Part shown: positions 17,952-27,128 of the stretch, one piece after another
How the letters are laid out: every line of letters begins with the position of its first letter
Position numbering within the stretch: position 1 is the first letter of the stretch
Program-made: the position numbers and the translations under genes
Notes under the pieces: generated by a model
Databases searched by the model: none
Seen by the model: the letters and a program-made list of their open reading frames with translations, nothing else
What the model was told of the DNA's origin: nothing
Origin: Bacteroidales bacterium
GTDB taxonomy: Bacteria > Bacteroidota > Bacteroidia > Bacteroidales > WCHB1-69
DNA: 64,000 bases
NCBI GenBank assembly: GCA_045222555.1
Contig: JBGUYY010000068.1
Location: forward strand, 32,877 to 96,876
Direction of reading: 5' to 3'

Positions 17952-20900
17952 ATGAAGGGAAATATTTTTATCAAAAAACATGTGATGGCATGTGCCATTT
18001 CCATTGTCATCACATTGGTGGGAATTCTCTGCATCACTTCGCTTCCCATCGAACAATACCCGAACATTGCGCCGCCTACTGTGCGCGTTTCCACCTCCTA
18101 CACCGGTGCTGACGCGAACACCATCATGAAGTCGGTGGTGCAGCCTCTGGAGGAGAGTATCAACGGCGTGCCTGGCATGACCTACATCACCAGTTCGGCT
18201 TCGGCATCGGGCGACGTCTCTATCCAGGTCTATTTCGAGCAGGGCACCGACCCCGACCTCGCCGCGGTGAACGTGCAGAACCGTGTCAGCAAAGCCACAG
18301 CGCTGCTGCCCGCCGAGGTGACGAAGGTGGGTGTGCAGGTGATGAAGCAACAGAGCAATATCCTGCATATCGGCGCGCTGAAGAGCGTGGACGGCAAGTA
18401 CGATGCCGACTTCATCGCCAACTATATCGACATTAATGTGAAACCTCGCTTGATGCGTATCACCGGTGTGGGCGACGTGATGGCCCTCGGCAACACGTAT
18501 GCCCTCCGCATCTGGCTGAAACCCGATGTGATGGCCCAGTACGGTCTGGAACCGAACGACGTGTTTGCGGCCATCGGCGGACAGAGCTTTGTGGCCGCCA
18601 CGGGCTCATTGGGCGAACAGAGCGAAAATGCCTATCAGTATTCGATGGAATACAGGGGTACGCTCAAGACGGTGGAAGAGTTCAACGACATTGTGTTGCG
18701 CACCAGCGATGGCGGTCATACGCTGCATTTGAGCGATGTGGCGGATGTGGAGATCGGCGCCGTGAGCTACAACTTCACCTCCAACATCGATGGCAAACCC
18801 GGCACCATCTACATGGTGTTTCAAGCCCCGGGCGCTAACGCCACCGAGGTGAATGCCCGTATCGGCAAGCTTTATGAGGACCTGAAACCCACCATGCCGG
18901 CCGGACTGGAGTTCGAGATTCTGGAGACCTCCGACGACTTCCTCTTCGCCGCCATCCACAATGTGGTGGAGACATTGGTCATCGCCATCATTCTCGTTAT
19001 TTTGGTGGTCTATTTCTTCCTGCAGAGTTTCAGGGCGACTATTATTCCTTCCATCTCCATTATCGTTTCGCTGTTAGGAACTTTCGCCATCGTATGGCTG
19101 GCAGGCTTCTCGCTGAACATATTGACCTTGTTCGCCTTGGTACTTGCCATCGGAACGGTGGTGGATGACGCCATTGTGGTGGTCGAGGCGGTGATGGCGA
19201 AGATGGAGAGTGGAATTACGGATGCCAAGGAAGCCACCCGCCAAGCCATGAGCGAGGTCTCTACAGCCGTCATCTCCTGTACGCTAGTTTTCATGGCCGT
19301 GTTCATCCCTGTGGCGTTCATGCCTGGCACGTCAGGCTCGTTCTTCCTGCAGTTTGGTGTCACGCTGGCCTCCGCCGTCGGTTTGTCGTGCGTGTCGGCG
19401 TTGACGTTGTGCCCGGCTCTGTGCGGTCTTATGATGCGCTACTCGAACGACGGGAAGCAGAAGAAAGGTGTCAACTATTATGTAAAAAAAGCCTATACAG
19501 TCAGTTATAACGCTATTCTCAAAAAGTACAAGAAGAGTGTCAGCGGCTTTATCAAGCATCCCTGGATTTCAGCTTTGCTGTTGGTGGTAGCTGCCGTGCT
19601 GCTTGTTTTCGCTATGCGCGGTCTGCCGTCAGGCCTTGTGCCGCAGGAAGACCAGGGCGTGTTCTTCGCTGAGGTGCGTGCCCCCGAAGGCTGTACCCTG
19701 TATGAGACACAGGAGATTGTGAAGAAGGTGGAGGCGAAGGTGAAGAAGATTCCTGAACTGGAAAGCTATGCTGTGGTCAGCGGTTACGGTATGATGGCTG
19801 GCCGCTCGGGCAGCTGCTACGCCACCCTCATCATCCGTCTGAAAAACTGGGACGACCGTCCGGGTATGAACCACAACATCATGCTGGTGTATGCCCGTTT
19901 TGCCATGGACTGCCAAGACATTAAGAATGCCAAGGTGATTCCGTTCCAGATGCCGCAGGTGCCGGGCTACGGCTCCAACAGTAGTGTGAACCTTGTACTG
20001 CAAGATATGCAGGACCGCTCCATGTCGGAGTTCAATGCCGATGCCACGAAATTCCTCGCCAAGTTGAACGAACGGCCGGAGATCATGATGGCCATGTCCA
20101 CCTACTCCGAGCGTTTTCCGAAGTATCAGGTGGAGGTGGATGCCACGCAGTGCGACCGTGCCGGGGTGACCCCCGCTGCCGTGCTCAGGACCCTCGGTTC
20201 CTATTGCGGCGGCTCGTATGTGGGCAACTTCAACCAGTTCGGCAAGGTCTATCGCATCATGGCCAACGCCGCGCCCGAGTACCGTCTCGACCCGTCGTCG
20301 CTGAACAACATCTTCGTCCGTGTTCGTGGGGGCAAGATGGCGCCCATCTCGGAGTTCGTCACCCTGAAAGAGATTGTCGGCTCCGCATCGGTGGATCATT
20401 TCAATCTGTATCAGAGTATTACCTGCGGTGTGATGACCGCCAGCGGTTTCTCCGAAGGCGATGCACACCAGGCTATTGCGGAGGTCTTCAAGGAGACGAT
20501 GCCCGCCGGTTATGGTTACGAGTATGGTGGAATGTCACGTGAGGTGGAGGAGGCCGCTGGTTCAAATACTACCGCCCTCATCTACGTCATCTGCGCCATC
20601 CTCATCTATCTCATCCTCGCTTCGCTCTACAACTCATGGTTCACGCCATGGGCGGTGTTGCTCTCGGTTCCCTTCGGACTGATGGGCTCGTTCGGAGCGG
20701 TATGGCTCGTGTCGCTGCTCCATTTGCCGGGCATGGAAAACAACATCTATTTGCAAACGGGTGTCATCATGCTCATCGGTCTGTTGGCGAAAACGGCCAT
20801 CCTCATCACTGAGTTCGCGTCCGAGCGGCGTGCACAGGGGTTGAGCATTCGTGATGCTGCCTTTGCCGCCTGCCAGGAGCGTCTGCGTCCGATCTTGATG

Positions 20901-21215
20901 ACCGTCGTCACGATGATTGCGGGTATGATTCCGTTGATCATCGCGGGTGGTGCAGGTGCCAATGGTAACCGCGTGTTGGCCCTCGGTGTCACCGCCGGTA
21001 TGGCCGTTGGTACGGTGGCGTTGGTGTTTGTGGTTCCCGCCTTCTTTATCGTGTTCCAAAACCTGCACGAAAAGGTACATGGTTCTCCTGTTGCCGTGGT
21101 AGCCGATGGGGCTCCTGAAGTTAAGGCTGAGGTCAAGGAAGAGATTCCAGTTCAAGAGAAGGTTGAAGAAGTTGTTGATTCAGAGAAGAATAACGATAAT
21201 AATTCTGAAAAATGA
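17952..21215 (+). CDS. RND efflux permease (AcrB/MexB family)
   Basis: 1087 aa with a 12-TM plus two large periplasmic loop layout. Typical AcrB N-terminus (FIKKHVMACAISIVITLVGI...LPIEQYPNIAPPTV). Acidic E/K/V-rich C-terminal tail. 4-nt overlap with the next gene. Confidence 0.93.
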   Translation: MKGNIFIKKHVMACAISIVITLVGILCITSLPIEQYPNIAPPTVRVSTSYTGADANTIMKSVVQPLEESINGVPGMTYITSSASASGDVSIQVYFEQGTDPDLAAVNVQNRVSKATALLPAEVTKVGVQVMKQQSNILHIGALKSVDGKYDADFIANYIDINVKPRLMRITGVGDVMALGNTYALRIWLKPDVMAQYGLEPNDVFAAIGGQSFVAATGSLGEQSENAYQYSMEYRGTLKTVEEFNDIVLRTSDGGHTLHLSDVADVEIGAVSYNFTSNIDGKPGTIYMVFQAPGANATEVNARIGKLYEDLKPTMPAGLEFEILETSDDFLFAAIHNVVETLVIAIILVILVVYFFLQSFRATIIPSISIIVSLLGTFAIVWLAGFSLNILTLFALVLAIGTVVDDAIVVVEAVMAKMESGITDAKEATRQAMSEVSTAVISCTLVFMAVFIPVAFMPGTSGSFFLQFGVTLASAVGLSCVSALTLCPALCGLMMRYSNDGKQKKGVNYYVKKAYTVSYNAILKKYKKSVSGFIKHPWISALLLVVAAVLLVFAMRGLPSGLVPQEDQGVFFAEVRAPEGCTLYETQEIVKKVEAKVKKIPELESYAVVSGYGMMAGRSGSCYATLIIRLKNWDDRPGMNHNIMLVYARFAMDCQDIKNAKVIPFQMPQVPGYGSNSSVNLVLQDMQDRSMSEFNADATKFLAKLNERPEIMMAMSTYSERFPKYQVEVDATQCDRAGVTPAAVLRTLGSYCGGSYVGNFNQFGKVYRIMANAAPEYRLDPSSLNNIFVRVRGGKMAPISEFVTLKEIVGSASVDHFNLYQSITCGVMTASGFSEGDAHQAIAEVFKETMPAGYGYEYGGMSREVEEAAGSNTTALIYVICAILIYLILASLYNSWFTPWAVLLSVPFGLMGSFGAVWLVSLLHLPGMENNIYLQTGVIMLIGLLAKTAILITEFASERRAQGLSIRDAAFAACQERLRPILMTVVTMIAGMIPLIIAGGAGANGNRVLALGVTAGMAVGTVALVFVVPAFFIVFQNLHEKVHGSPVAVVADGAPEVKAEVKEEIPVQEKVEEVVDSEKNNDNNSEK

Positions 21216-22597
21216 AAAGGATATTCATTGTCATAGCCGTCAGCGTCATGACCGTTGCGTTCACGGGCTGCGGTATTTATAACAAATACACCTCTTCATC
21301 GGAGATTTCCTCTGATGCGTTTGGGACATCGGAAGATGTGACGGCTGCGCAGGCTGAAAGTTCCATCGCGGAACTGTCGTGGCGTGAGTTCTTCACCGAC
21401 CCGCTGTTGCAGCAGCTCATTGACTCTGTGCTGCAGCGTAATACGGATGCCAAATCAGCCCGTATTGCCGTGGAGCAGGCCGAGATTTCTCTCCGCACTA
21501 CGAAATTGGGCTACCTGCCGTCTGTCACTTTCGCTCCTTCTGTCGGGGTGAACTCGTACCTGAGCGAAGGAAGTTTGGTGCCCACATTGACCTATAGTTT
21601 GCCTTTGCAAATCAACTGGGATCTCGACATCTTTGCCGTGAACACCAACCAGAAGCGCAAAGCGCAGGCCGTGCTCTGGCAGATGGAGGCACGTGAGCAG
21701 GCGGTGAAGGCTAACCTTATCTCTGCGGTAGCGCAGCAGTATTGTATGTTGCAACTGCTTGATCGTCAGTTGGAAATTCTGCTCTTCACCGACTCTCTTT
21801 GGAATGCCTCATTGGAAACCCAGCGCGCTTTATGGGATAATGGCAAGGCTTATTCCACCGCTGTTAACCAGATGGAGTCTTCCTATCTGAATGTCAAGAC
21901 GCAGATTGTGGATGTGAAGCGTAGCATTCGCAGCGTGGAAAACGCTATTTGTCAGTTGCTGGCCGTTCCGCCGCAGCAGATTAACCGCAACCGCTGGAAC
22001 AACTACGAACTTCCGCAGCGCATCAGCACGGGTGTGCCTGCACAGATGTTGGAAAACCGTCCCGACATCAAGATGGCCGACCATGCGTTGGAGGCGGCTT
22101 TCTATAATACACAGGAAGCCCGCGCAGCATTTTACCCCAAGATTTCGTTGCAGGGCATTTTGGGCTGGGGCAACAACTCCGGTATGATTCCCAATCCGGG
22201 CTCATTGCTGCTGAATGCGTTGGCCTCTGTTGTACAACCTATCTTTGCTCAAGGGAAATTGAAAGCCAATCTCAAAATCAACCAGTTGTCGGAGGAAGAT
22301 ATTGCCCAGCAGTATGTGCAGACCGTCATCAATGCCGGCAATCAGGTGAACGAGGCGTTGGCCGACTGTCAGGCTGCCCAGGAAAAGGACGTGTACTACA
22401 AACGGCAGGTGGAGGTTTTGCAGGAGGCCTATATGGGCACGCATGAGCTGATGGATAACGGCAAGGCCAGCTATTTGGAAGTTCTGTCCGCGCAGGAGGG
22501 ACTGCTCTCTGCGCAGATCAGTGAGGCCACTAACCTCTACAACGGTGCCCGCGCCCTCATCGCGCTCTACATCGCTCTCGGTGGTGGTGCGAAATAG
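21212..22597 (+). CDS. RND efflux outer-membrane factor (NodT/TolC family lipoprotein)
   Basis: Lipobox AFTGC, two repeated TolC-like halves, and translational coupling to the pump gene. Confidence 0.9.
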   Translation: MKRIFIVIAVSVMTVAFTGCGIYNKYTSSSEISSDAFGTSEDVTAAQAESSIAELSWREFFTDPLLQQLIDSVLQRNTDAKSARIAVEQAEISLRTTKLGYLPSVTFAPSVGVNSYLSEGSLVPTLTYSLPLQINWDLDIFAVNTNQKRKAQAVLWQMEAREQAVKANLISAVAQQYCMLQLLDRQLEILLFTDSLWNASLETQRALWDNGKAYSTAVNQMESSYLNVKTQIVDVKRSIRSVENAICQLLAVPPQQINRNRWNNYELPQRISTGVPAQMLENRPDIKMADHALEAAFYNTQEARAAFYPKISLQGILGWGNNSGMIPNPGSLLLNALASVVQPIFAQGKLKANLKINQLSEEDIAQQYVQTVINAGNQVNEALADCQAAQEKDVYYKRQVEVLQEAYMGTHELMDNGKASYLEVLSAQEGLLSAQISEATNLYNGARALIALYIALGGGAK

Positions 22598-22656
22598 GGA
22601 AGTGGGAGCTTCTGATCAATTCTGGCACACCAGATAAGTATTACAAGTGAACTGTT

Positions 22657-23505
22657 TTACTCCGAAAACCGCTTCATCACCATGTCGGCGTAGGTCTTCG
22701 AGAGCGGGATGCGGGTGCTGCCCGATTCGTCAAAGGAGATATATAATCCCTCTTTATCTCTACTTATAATATTGACTTTCTGTAAATTGACCATATAGGA
22801 ACGATGGCAGCGCGCAAAGCCGTACTGTGCAAATTCATCTTCCATGGCCTTGAGCTTATTGCGCAACATAGCCGTGCTGCTTTTTCCATTATCTATATAG
22901 TGTATCTTCACATAATTGTCGTCCGACTCCAGATAAAGGATGGTGCTGCGCTTGATGGAGAGCCGCAATTTTCCCTTTTCATCCATAAAATTGATAACCT
23001 CGTCAGCTTCTCTTCCTACATGGCTTTCTCGAAAATGTCGGCTTTGCAACTCTCTGATTTTTATTTCTTTAGTCTTTAATCCAATAAAAAGATAGGAGAT
23101 GAGATAGGGGATGGCGAGAATGGTGGGGATAAAAATGAGGGTTTTTTGGAAGATGATCTGCGCTGGACGAGTGTCGTGCAATGCAATCTTGGAGATAAAA
23201 AGATAAAGGAGGGCGATGATGAAGATTTCAGCAAACAGCCATAGCACGTAGGCAAGAACTGAAAGTAGTTTCTTCCTGTTGACGAAGTGCATGATGATGC
23301 GGCTGATGATCATCACCACCACACCGCCGATGATCACACAGGTGGAATAGAAGGAGGTGACTTGATACTGACTGTCGTTGAACCATCCGGCATCCCTGAA
23401 AGGGGTATATACGTTGACGAAAAATAGCGAGAAAAAGGTCACAAACATCAAAAGATAGACGTTGGTGGTTTTCTTGGCCAAATATTCGGGTATTCTTTTG
23501 TTCAT
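22657..23505 (-). CDS. Membrane-tethered LytTR-family DNA-binding protein with no receiver domain
   Basis: Start set at MNKRIPEYL (23505). About four TM helices are followed by a C-terminal LytTR domain (ILYLESDDNYVKIHY...CHRSYMVNLQKV...IPLSKTYADMV). Its own -7 box is at 23530..23537. Confidence 0.85.
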   Translation of the reverse strand: MNKRIPEYLAKKTTNVYLLMFVTFFSLFFVNVYTPFRDAGWFNDSQYQVTSFYSTCVIIGGVVVMIISRIIMHFVNRKKLLSVLAYVLWLFAEIFIIALLYLFISKIALHDTRPAQIIFQKTLIFIPTILAIPYLISYLFIGLKTKEIKIRELQSRHFRESHVGREADEVINFMDEKGKLRLSIKRSTILYLESDDNYVKIHYIDNGKSSTAMLRNKLKAMEDEFAQYGFARCHRSYMVNLQKVNIISRDKEGLYISFDESGSTRIPLSKTYADMVMKRFSE

Positions 23506-23600
23506 TTTCGCCCCATTTTTTGTGGGGTGCAAAATTACACAAATTATTTTTCACCACATCATCCTAATTTTCACCCCATATTTTAAATTTTCACCCCACA
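23504..23600 (+). promoter_or_regulatory. Cluster of five ATTTTCACCCCA-type motifs (three phased at 20 bp); candidate LytTR operator array
   Basis: TTTTCACCACA lies at 23548..23558, and TTTTCACCCCA at both 23568..23578 and 23588..23598. A degenerate ATTTTCGCCCCA lies at 23504..23515. An inverted TGTGGGGTGCAAAAT lies at 23521..23535 and overlaps the LytTR -7 box. Confidence 0.55.
23530..23537 (-). promoter_or_regulatory. -7 box TAATTTTG
   Basis: Lies 24 nt upstream of the LytTR ATG at 23505 and is overlapped by the inverted motif copy. Confidence 0.5.
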
Positions 23601-23699
23601 GAATGGGTGTAAGTACCTTTTTTTCAATACAAATAAAAAAATGATGTTCTTTTGCCGCCGAAAAACCAATCAACCTTTCGTGTTCAAATTATCTATTTT

Positions 23700-26186
23700 A
23701 TGCTTCAGAATCGAGAGAAAATCGCATTGAAATACTGCGATGCAAATTATACCTATGAGGAGCTTTTACAGATTTCGTCCTGCTTTGCGCAGAGATTTTT
23801 AGAGACGAAAAATTCGGAGAAAGTGGCGATATTCGCTGAGAACTCGCCCGAATGGGTGTTTGCCTTTTATGGTGCCGTACGTTGTGGCAGCGTGGTGGTC
23901 CCTGTAGATGTGCTCTTCACTGCCAAGGAGGTGGCTTATGTGCTCAATGATTGCCGCCCCGGTGTCGTTTTTACTTCCACTTCAAAAAAAAGTCTTCTTG
24001 AAGAGGCGGTCGGCATGGTGGAGGATTACCAATGTACGATTCTTACCCCTGATAATGTGGATCTTACTGGCTATGCAGAACGTCCCGCCCAGCCCATCGA
24101 AAATCGTCCGCTCGATGATACTTTGCTAATTATCTATACTTCAGGTACTACTGGCACGCCCAAAGGGGTGATGCTCACGACTCGCAATGTGCTTTGCAAT
24201 GTAAATGCCGTGTCGCGTAATGTGCCGATTTTCACCGAGAAACGCAATGTGTTGATATTGCTTCCCCTGCACCATGCCTTCCCGCTGATGGGTTCGCTGA
24301 TTGCTCCTCTTTACGTGGGTGGCACGGTCTGTATGGCCGATGGCATGACCGCTGAAAGTATCCTTTCAACACTGAACAACGGTCAGGTCAACATCATCAT
24401 CGGGGTGCCGCGCCTCTATGATATGCTCGCCAAGGGGGTGATGAATAAAATCAACAACCATTGGCTCACCCGTGCCATCTATGGCACTGCGAAGTTTTTC
24501 CGCAGCCAGTGGCTGTCGCGTCTCCTGTTCCGCAGTGTGCACCAGAAGTTCGGCGGCCATATCGATTACCTCGTTTCAGGTGGTGCAGCCCTGCCGGATG
24601 CCACAGCGGAGGTATTCAAAACTCTTGGATTTTACGTGCTGGAGGGCTACGGCATGACCGAAACTGCCCCGATGATCAGCTTCACCCGTCCCGGCGAGCG
24701 CAAAATCGGCTATGTGGGCCGTCCGCTACCGGGCATACAGGTGCGCATCGACGAGCAGGGGGAAGTGTGCGTCAAGGGCGACAATGTCATGAAAGGTTAC
24801 TTCCACCGTCCCGAGGAAACGGCCGCCATCATCCGCGACGGCTGGCTGCATACCGGCGACATGGGCTTCCTCGATAAGTACGGGCTCAAACTCGTAGGCC
24901 GTCTCAAGGACATTATCGTCACGCCGAACGGCAAGAATATCAATCCTGAAAATATGGAGTCCGATATGGTGGCCTTCTCGCCTATGTTCAAGGAGGTGGG
25001 CGTTTTCATGGAAAAGGGTCTGTTGCAGGCGGTTATCCGTCCTGAGATGTCAGCTCTGCGCGACACATACGTGGAGAATATCCATCAGGTGATGAAGGAG
25101 GTGGTGGCCGACTTCAACCAGACACAGCCCTCCTACAAGCGCATTCAACGTTTCCATATCGTCTCTTCCGAACTTCCCAAGACACGGCTCGGCAAGATTC
25201 AGCATTTCATGCTTTCGTCGCTCATCCAGCCGGTGGAGCGAGCTCGTGTGGAGGAGGAAGTGGAGAACGCGAGCCCTGTGTTCTTGCGGCTGAAGAAGTA
25301 CCTTGAGTCGGAAACCGGCCATGCCGTGCGTTCTCACGACCATTTCGAAATCGACCTTGCCATGGATTCGCTCTCCCGTGTGGCGCTCATGGCCTTTGTG
25401 TTTTCCAATTTCAAGGTGCAGGTGGATGAAGAAAAGATGGACGAACTCAACACCCTCGCACTGCTGAGCGAGTTTGTGGAGAGCCGTACCAGTGATTCGC
25501 TGGCGACACAGGAGGTGGTGTCGTGGGAAAGCATCCTGTTGGGCAACCTTACGGGTGTGACACTCCCCAAACCCGGTGTCATCCACCTGTTTACACGATC
25601 GGTGTGCGACTTTCTGGTCCGTATTTTCTGCCGCTGCAAGTCGAAAGGACAGGAGAACATTCCAGAAGAGGCCTGCATCATTGTGGCCAATCACCGCAGC
25701 GCCCTCGATGGCGTGTTCATCACTTCGCAGATGCGACTGCTGTCGGCCCGTAAGACCTTCATTTTCGCCAAGGCCAAACACTGGAAAAGCCGTTTCGCCC
25801 GCTTCATGGCCGAGAAAAACAATGTTATTCTCATGGACATTAACAAAAACCTCACCGATTCGCTCCGGCAAATGGCCGCGGCGCTAAAGGGAGGACAAAA
25901 GGTGATCATTTTCCCCGAAGGAACACGCTCTAAAAACAAGAGGCTCAACGAGTTCAGGGATACTTTCGCCATCCTGAGCCGCACCCTGAACGTGCCGATT
26001 GTGCCCGTGGCGATAGAGGGGTCGGAAAGTGCGGTGTATGACCATATTGCCTTGCCTCGCTTTCAGAACCGCGTGGAGGTGAAGTTTATGAAACCCATCT
26101 ATCCGGAGCATAGTAAAAATGCCAAAGTTTTGAAAGATAGAGTGTTCAGGCTTTTTAAGGATGTCTTGGAGACGGGGAAAAGGTAA
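23700..26186 (+). CDS. Tri-domain acyl-activating enzyme: AMP-forming adenylation domain, carrier domain and PlsC-type lysophospholipid acyltransferase
   Basis: Start set at MLQNREK (23700). Adenylation cores are YTSGTTGTPKGV, GYGMTETAP, TGDMGFLD and PKTRLGKI. The carrier motif is LAMDSLSRVALM, with the candidate phosphopantetheine Ser at 25368..25370. Acyltransferase motifs are NHRSALDG (His at 25692..25694), FPEGTRS and VPIVPVAIEG. Confidence 0.85.
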   Translation: MLQNREKIALKYCDANYTYEELLQISSCFAQRFLETKNSEKVAIFAENSPEWVFAFYGAVRCGSVVVPVDVLFTAKEVAYVLNDCRPGVVFTSTSKKSLLEEAVGMVEDYQCTILTPDNVDLTGYAERPAQPIENRPLDDTLLIIYTSGTTGTPKGVMLTTRNVLCNVNAVSRNVPIFTEKRNVLILLPLHHAFPLMGSLIAPLYVGGTVCMADGMTAESILSTLNNGQVNIIIGVPRLYDMLAKGVMNKINNHWLTRAIYGTAKFFRSQWLSRLLFRSVHQKFGGHIDYLVSGGAALPDATAEVFKTLGFYVLEGYGMTETAPMISFTRPGERKIGYVGRPLPGIQVRIDEQGEVCVKGDNVMKGYFHRPEETAAIIRDGWLHTGDMGFLDKYGLKLVGRLKDIIVTPNGKNINPENMESDMVAFSPMFKEVGVFMEKGLLQAVIRPEMSALRDTYVENIHQVMKEVVADFNQTQPSYKRIQRFHIVSSELPKTRLGKIQHFMLSSLIQPVERARVEEEVENASPVFLRLKKYLESETGHAVRSHDHFEIDLAMDSLSRVALMAFVFSNFKVQVDEEKMDELNTLALLSEFVESRTSDSLATQEVVSWESILLGNLTGVTLPKPGVIHLFTRSVCDFLVRIFCRCKSKGQENIPEEACIIVANHRSALDGVFITSQMRLLSARKTFIFAKAKHWKSRFARFMAEKNNVILMDINKNLTDSLRQMAAALKGGQKVIIFPEGTRSKNKRLNEFRDTFAILSRTLNVPIVPVAIEGSESAVYDHIALPRFQNRVEVKFMKPIYPEHSKNAKVLKDRVFRLFKDVLETGKR

Positions 26187-26225
26187 GTTTTCTTCAAAAA
26201 GTAGTATAATTCAAAAAATAATAAT

Positions 26226-26233
26226 TATTTTTG
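26226..26233 (+). promoter_or_regulatory. -7 box TATTTTTG
   Basis: Lies 82 nt upstream of the DUF4476 gene ATG at 26316. Confidence 0.45.
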
Positions 26234-26315
26234 CACCGATAAATCTTTGAATCATTTTCAAAGTCAATAAAATTAGTATTCGTTTTGTTGATTATTCATT
26301 TAATTTTTTTTCAAG

Positions 26316-27125
26316 ATGAGAAATTTTATATTGACTTTTGTGGGGATTTTCGGTGTGCTGTTTTCTTTTGCGCAGCCAACCTCCCTTAACATTCAGGCCG
26401 AACAGAATGAGCGCTTCTGGGTCTATGTGAACAATGCGCTCCAGAATGACATTCCTTCGCAGACGGTAATGGTGCCGAATCTTGCTCCGGCGGAGTATAG
26501 CGTTACGGTGACGTTGGACAATCCTGAAAGGACAACCCTCACCACGCGTGTGACGTTGCGTCCGGGCTCCAATGGCTATATTGTTGGTTACCAGCCGCAG
26601 ACCAACAGCATCTTTTTCCGCTCGGAGGCAGAGGATGCCAAAGCCGCTGCCGGTATGATTGGTGCTTTCGGGCACATGGTTCACCAGATGAACGAGATGT
26701 ACGAGGCCGATGTGCGGGTTATGAATAGTGGGAATATGCCTCCGCAGGGTATGCCGCCTCATGGCAACCCGTCAGCACCGGTGCCGCCGCCAGCTGCTGC
26801 CCCAGCACCTGCCCCTGCTCCAGTGCCGCATCCTTGTTCTCCCAACAGCTTCATGGAAATCAAACGGATGATTGAAAATGAGACTTTTGAAGATACAAAG
26901 CTGACCATCGCACGACAGGCCACTGCTGCGGAACTGCTGACCGTGGACCAGATCATTGAAATTACCAAGCTTTTCACCTTCGAGGATAATCGTCTCGAAT
27001 ACCTGAAGTTCGCTTACGACTACTGTTACGACCCGGGCAAGTACTACAAGGTGAACAGTGCGCTCACATACTCTTCCTCCATCGAAGAACTGAACGAGTA
27101 TATCGCCACTCGGCAGCGCTGGTAA
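26316..27125 (+). CDS. Secreted DUF4476-domain protein
   Basis: Signal peptide, an N-terminal beta-rich module, a Pro/Ala-rich linker (PPAAAPAPAPAPVP) and a C-terminal DUF4476-like block (FEDTKLTIARQA...FTFEDNRLEYLKFAYDYCYDPGKYYKV). Confidence 0.7.
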   Translation: MRNFILTFVGIFGVLFSFAQPTSLNIQAEQNERFWVYVNNALQNDIPSQTVMVPNLAPAEYSVTVTLDNPERTTLTTRVTLRPGSNGYIVGYQPQTNSIFFRSEAEDAKAAAGMIGAFGHMVHQMNEMYEADVRVMNSGNMPPQGMPPHGNPSAPVPPPAAAPAPAPAPVPHPCSPNSFMEIKRMIENETFEDTKLTIARQATAAELLTVDQIIEITKLFTFEDNRLEYLKFAYDYCYDPGKYYKVNSALTYSSSIEELNEYIATRQRW

Positions 27126-27128
27126 ACC

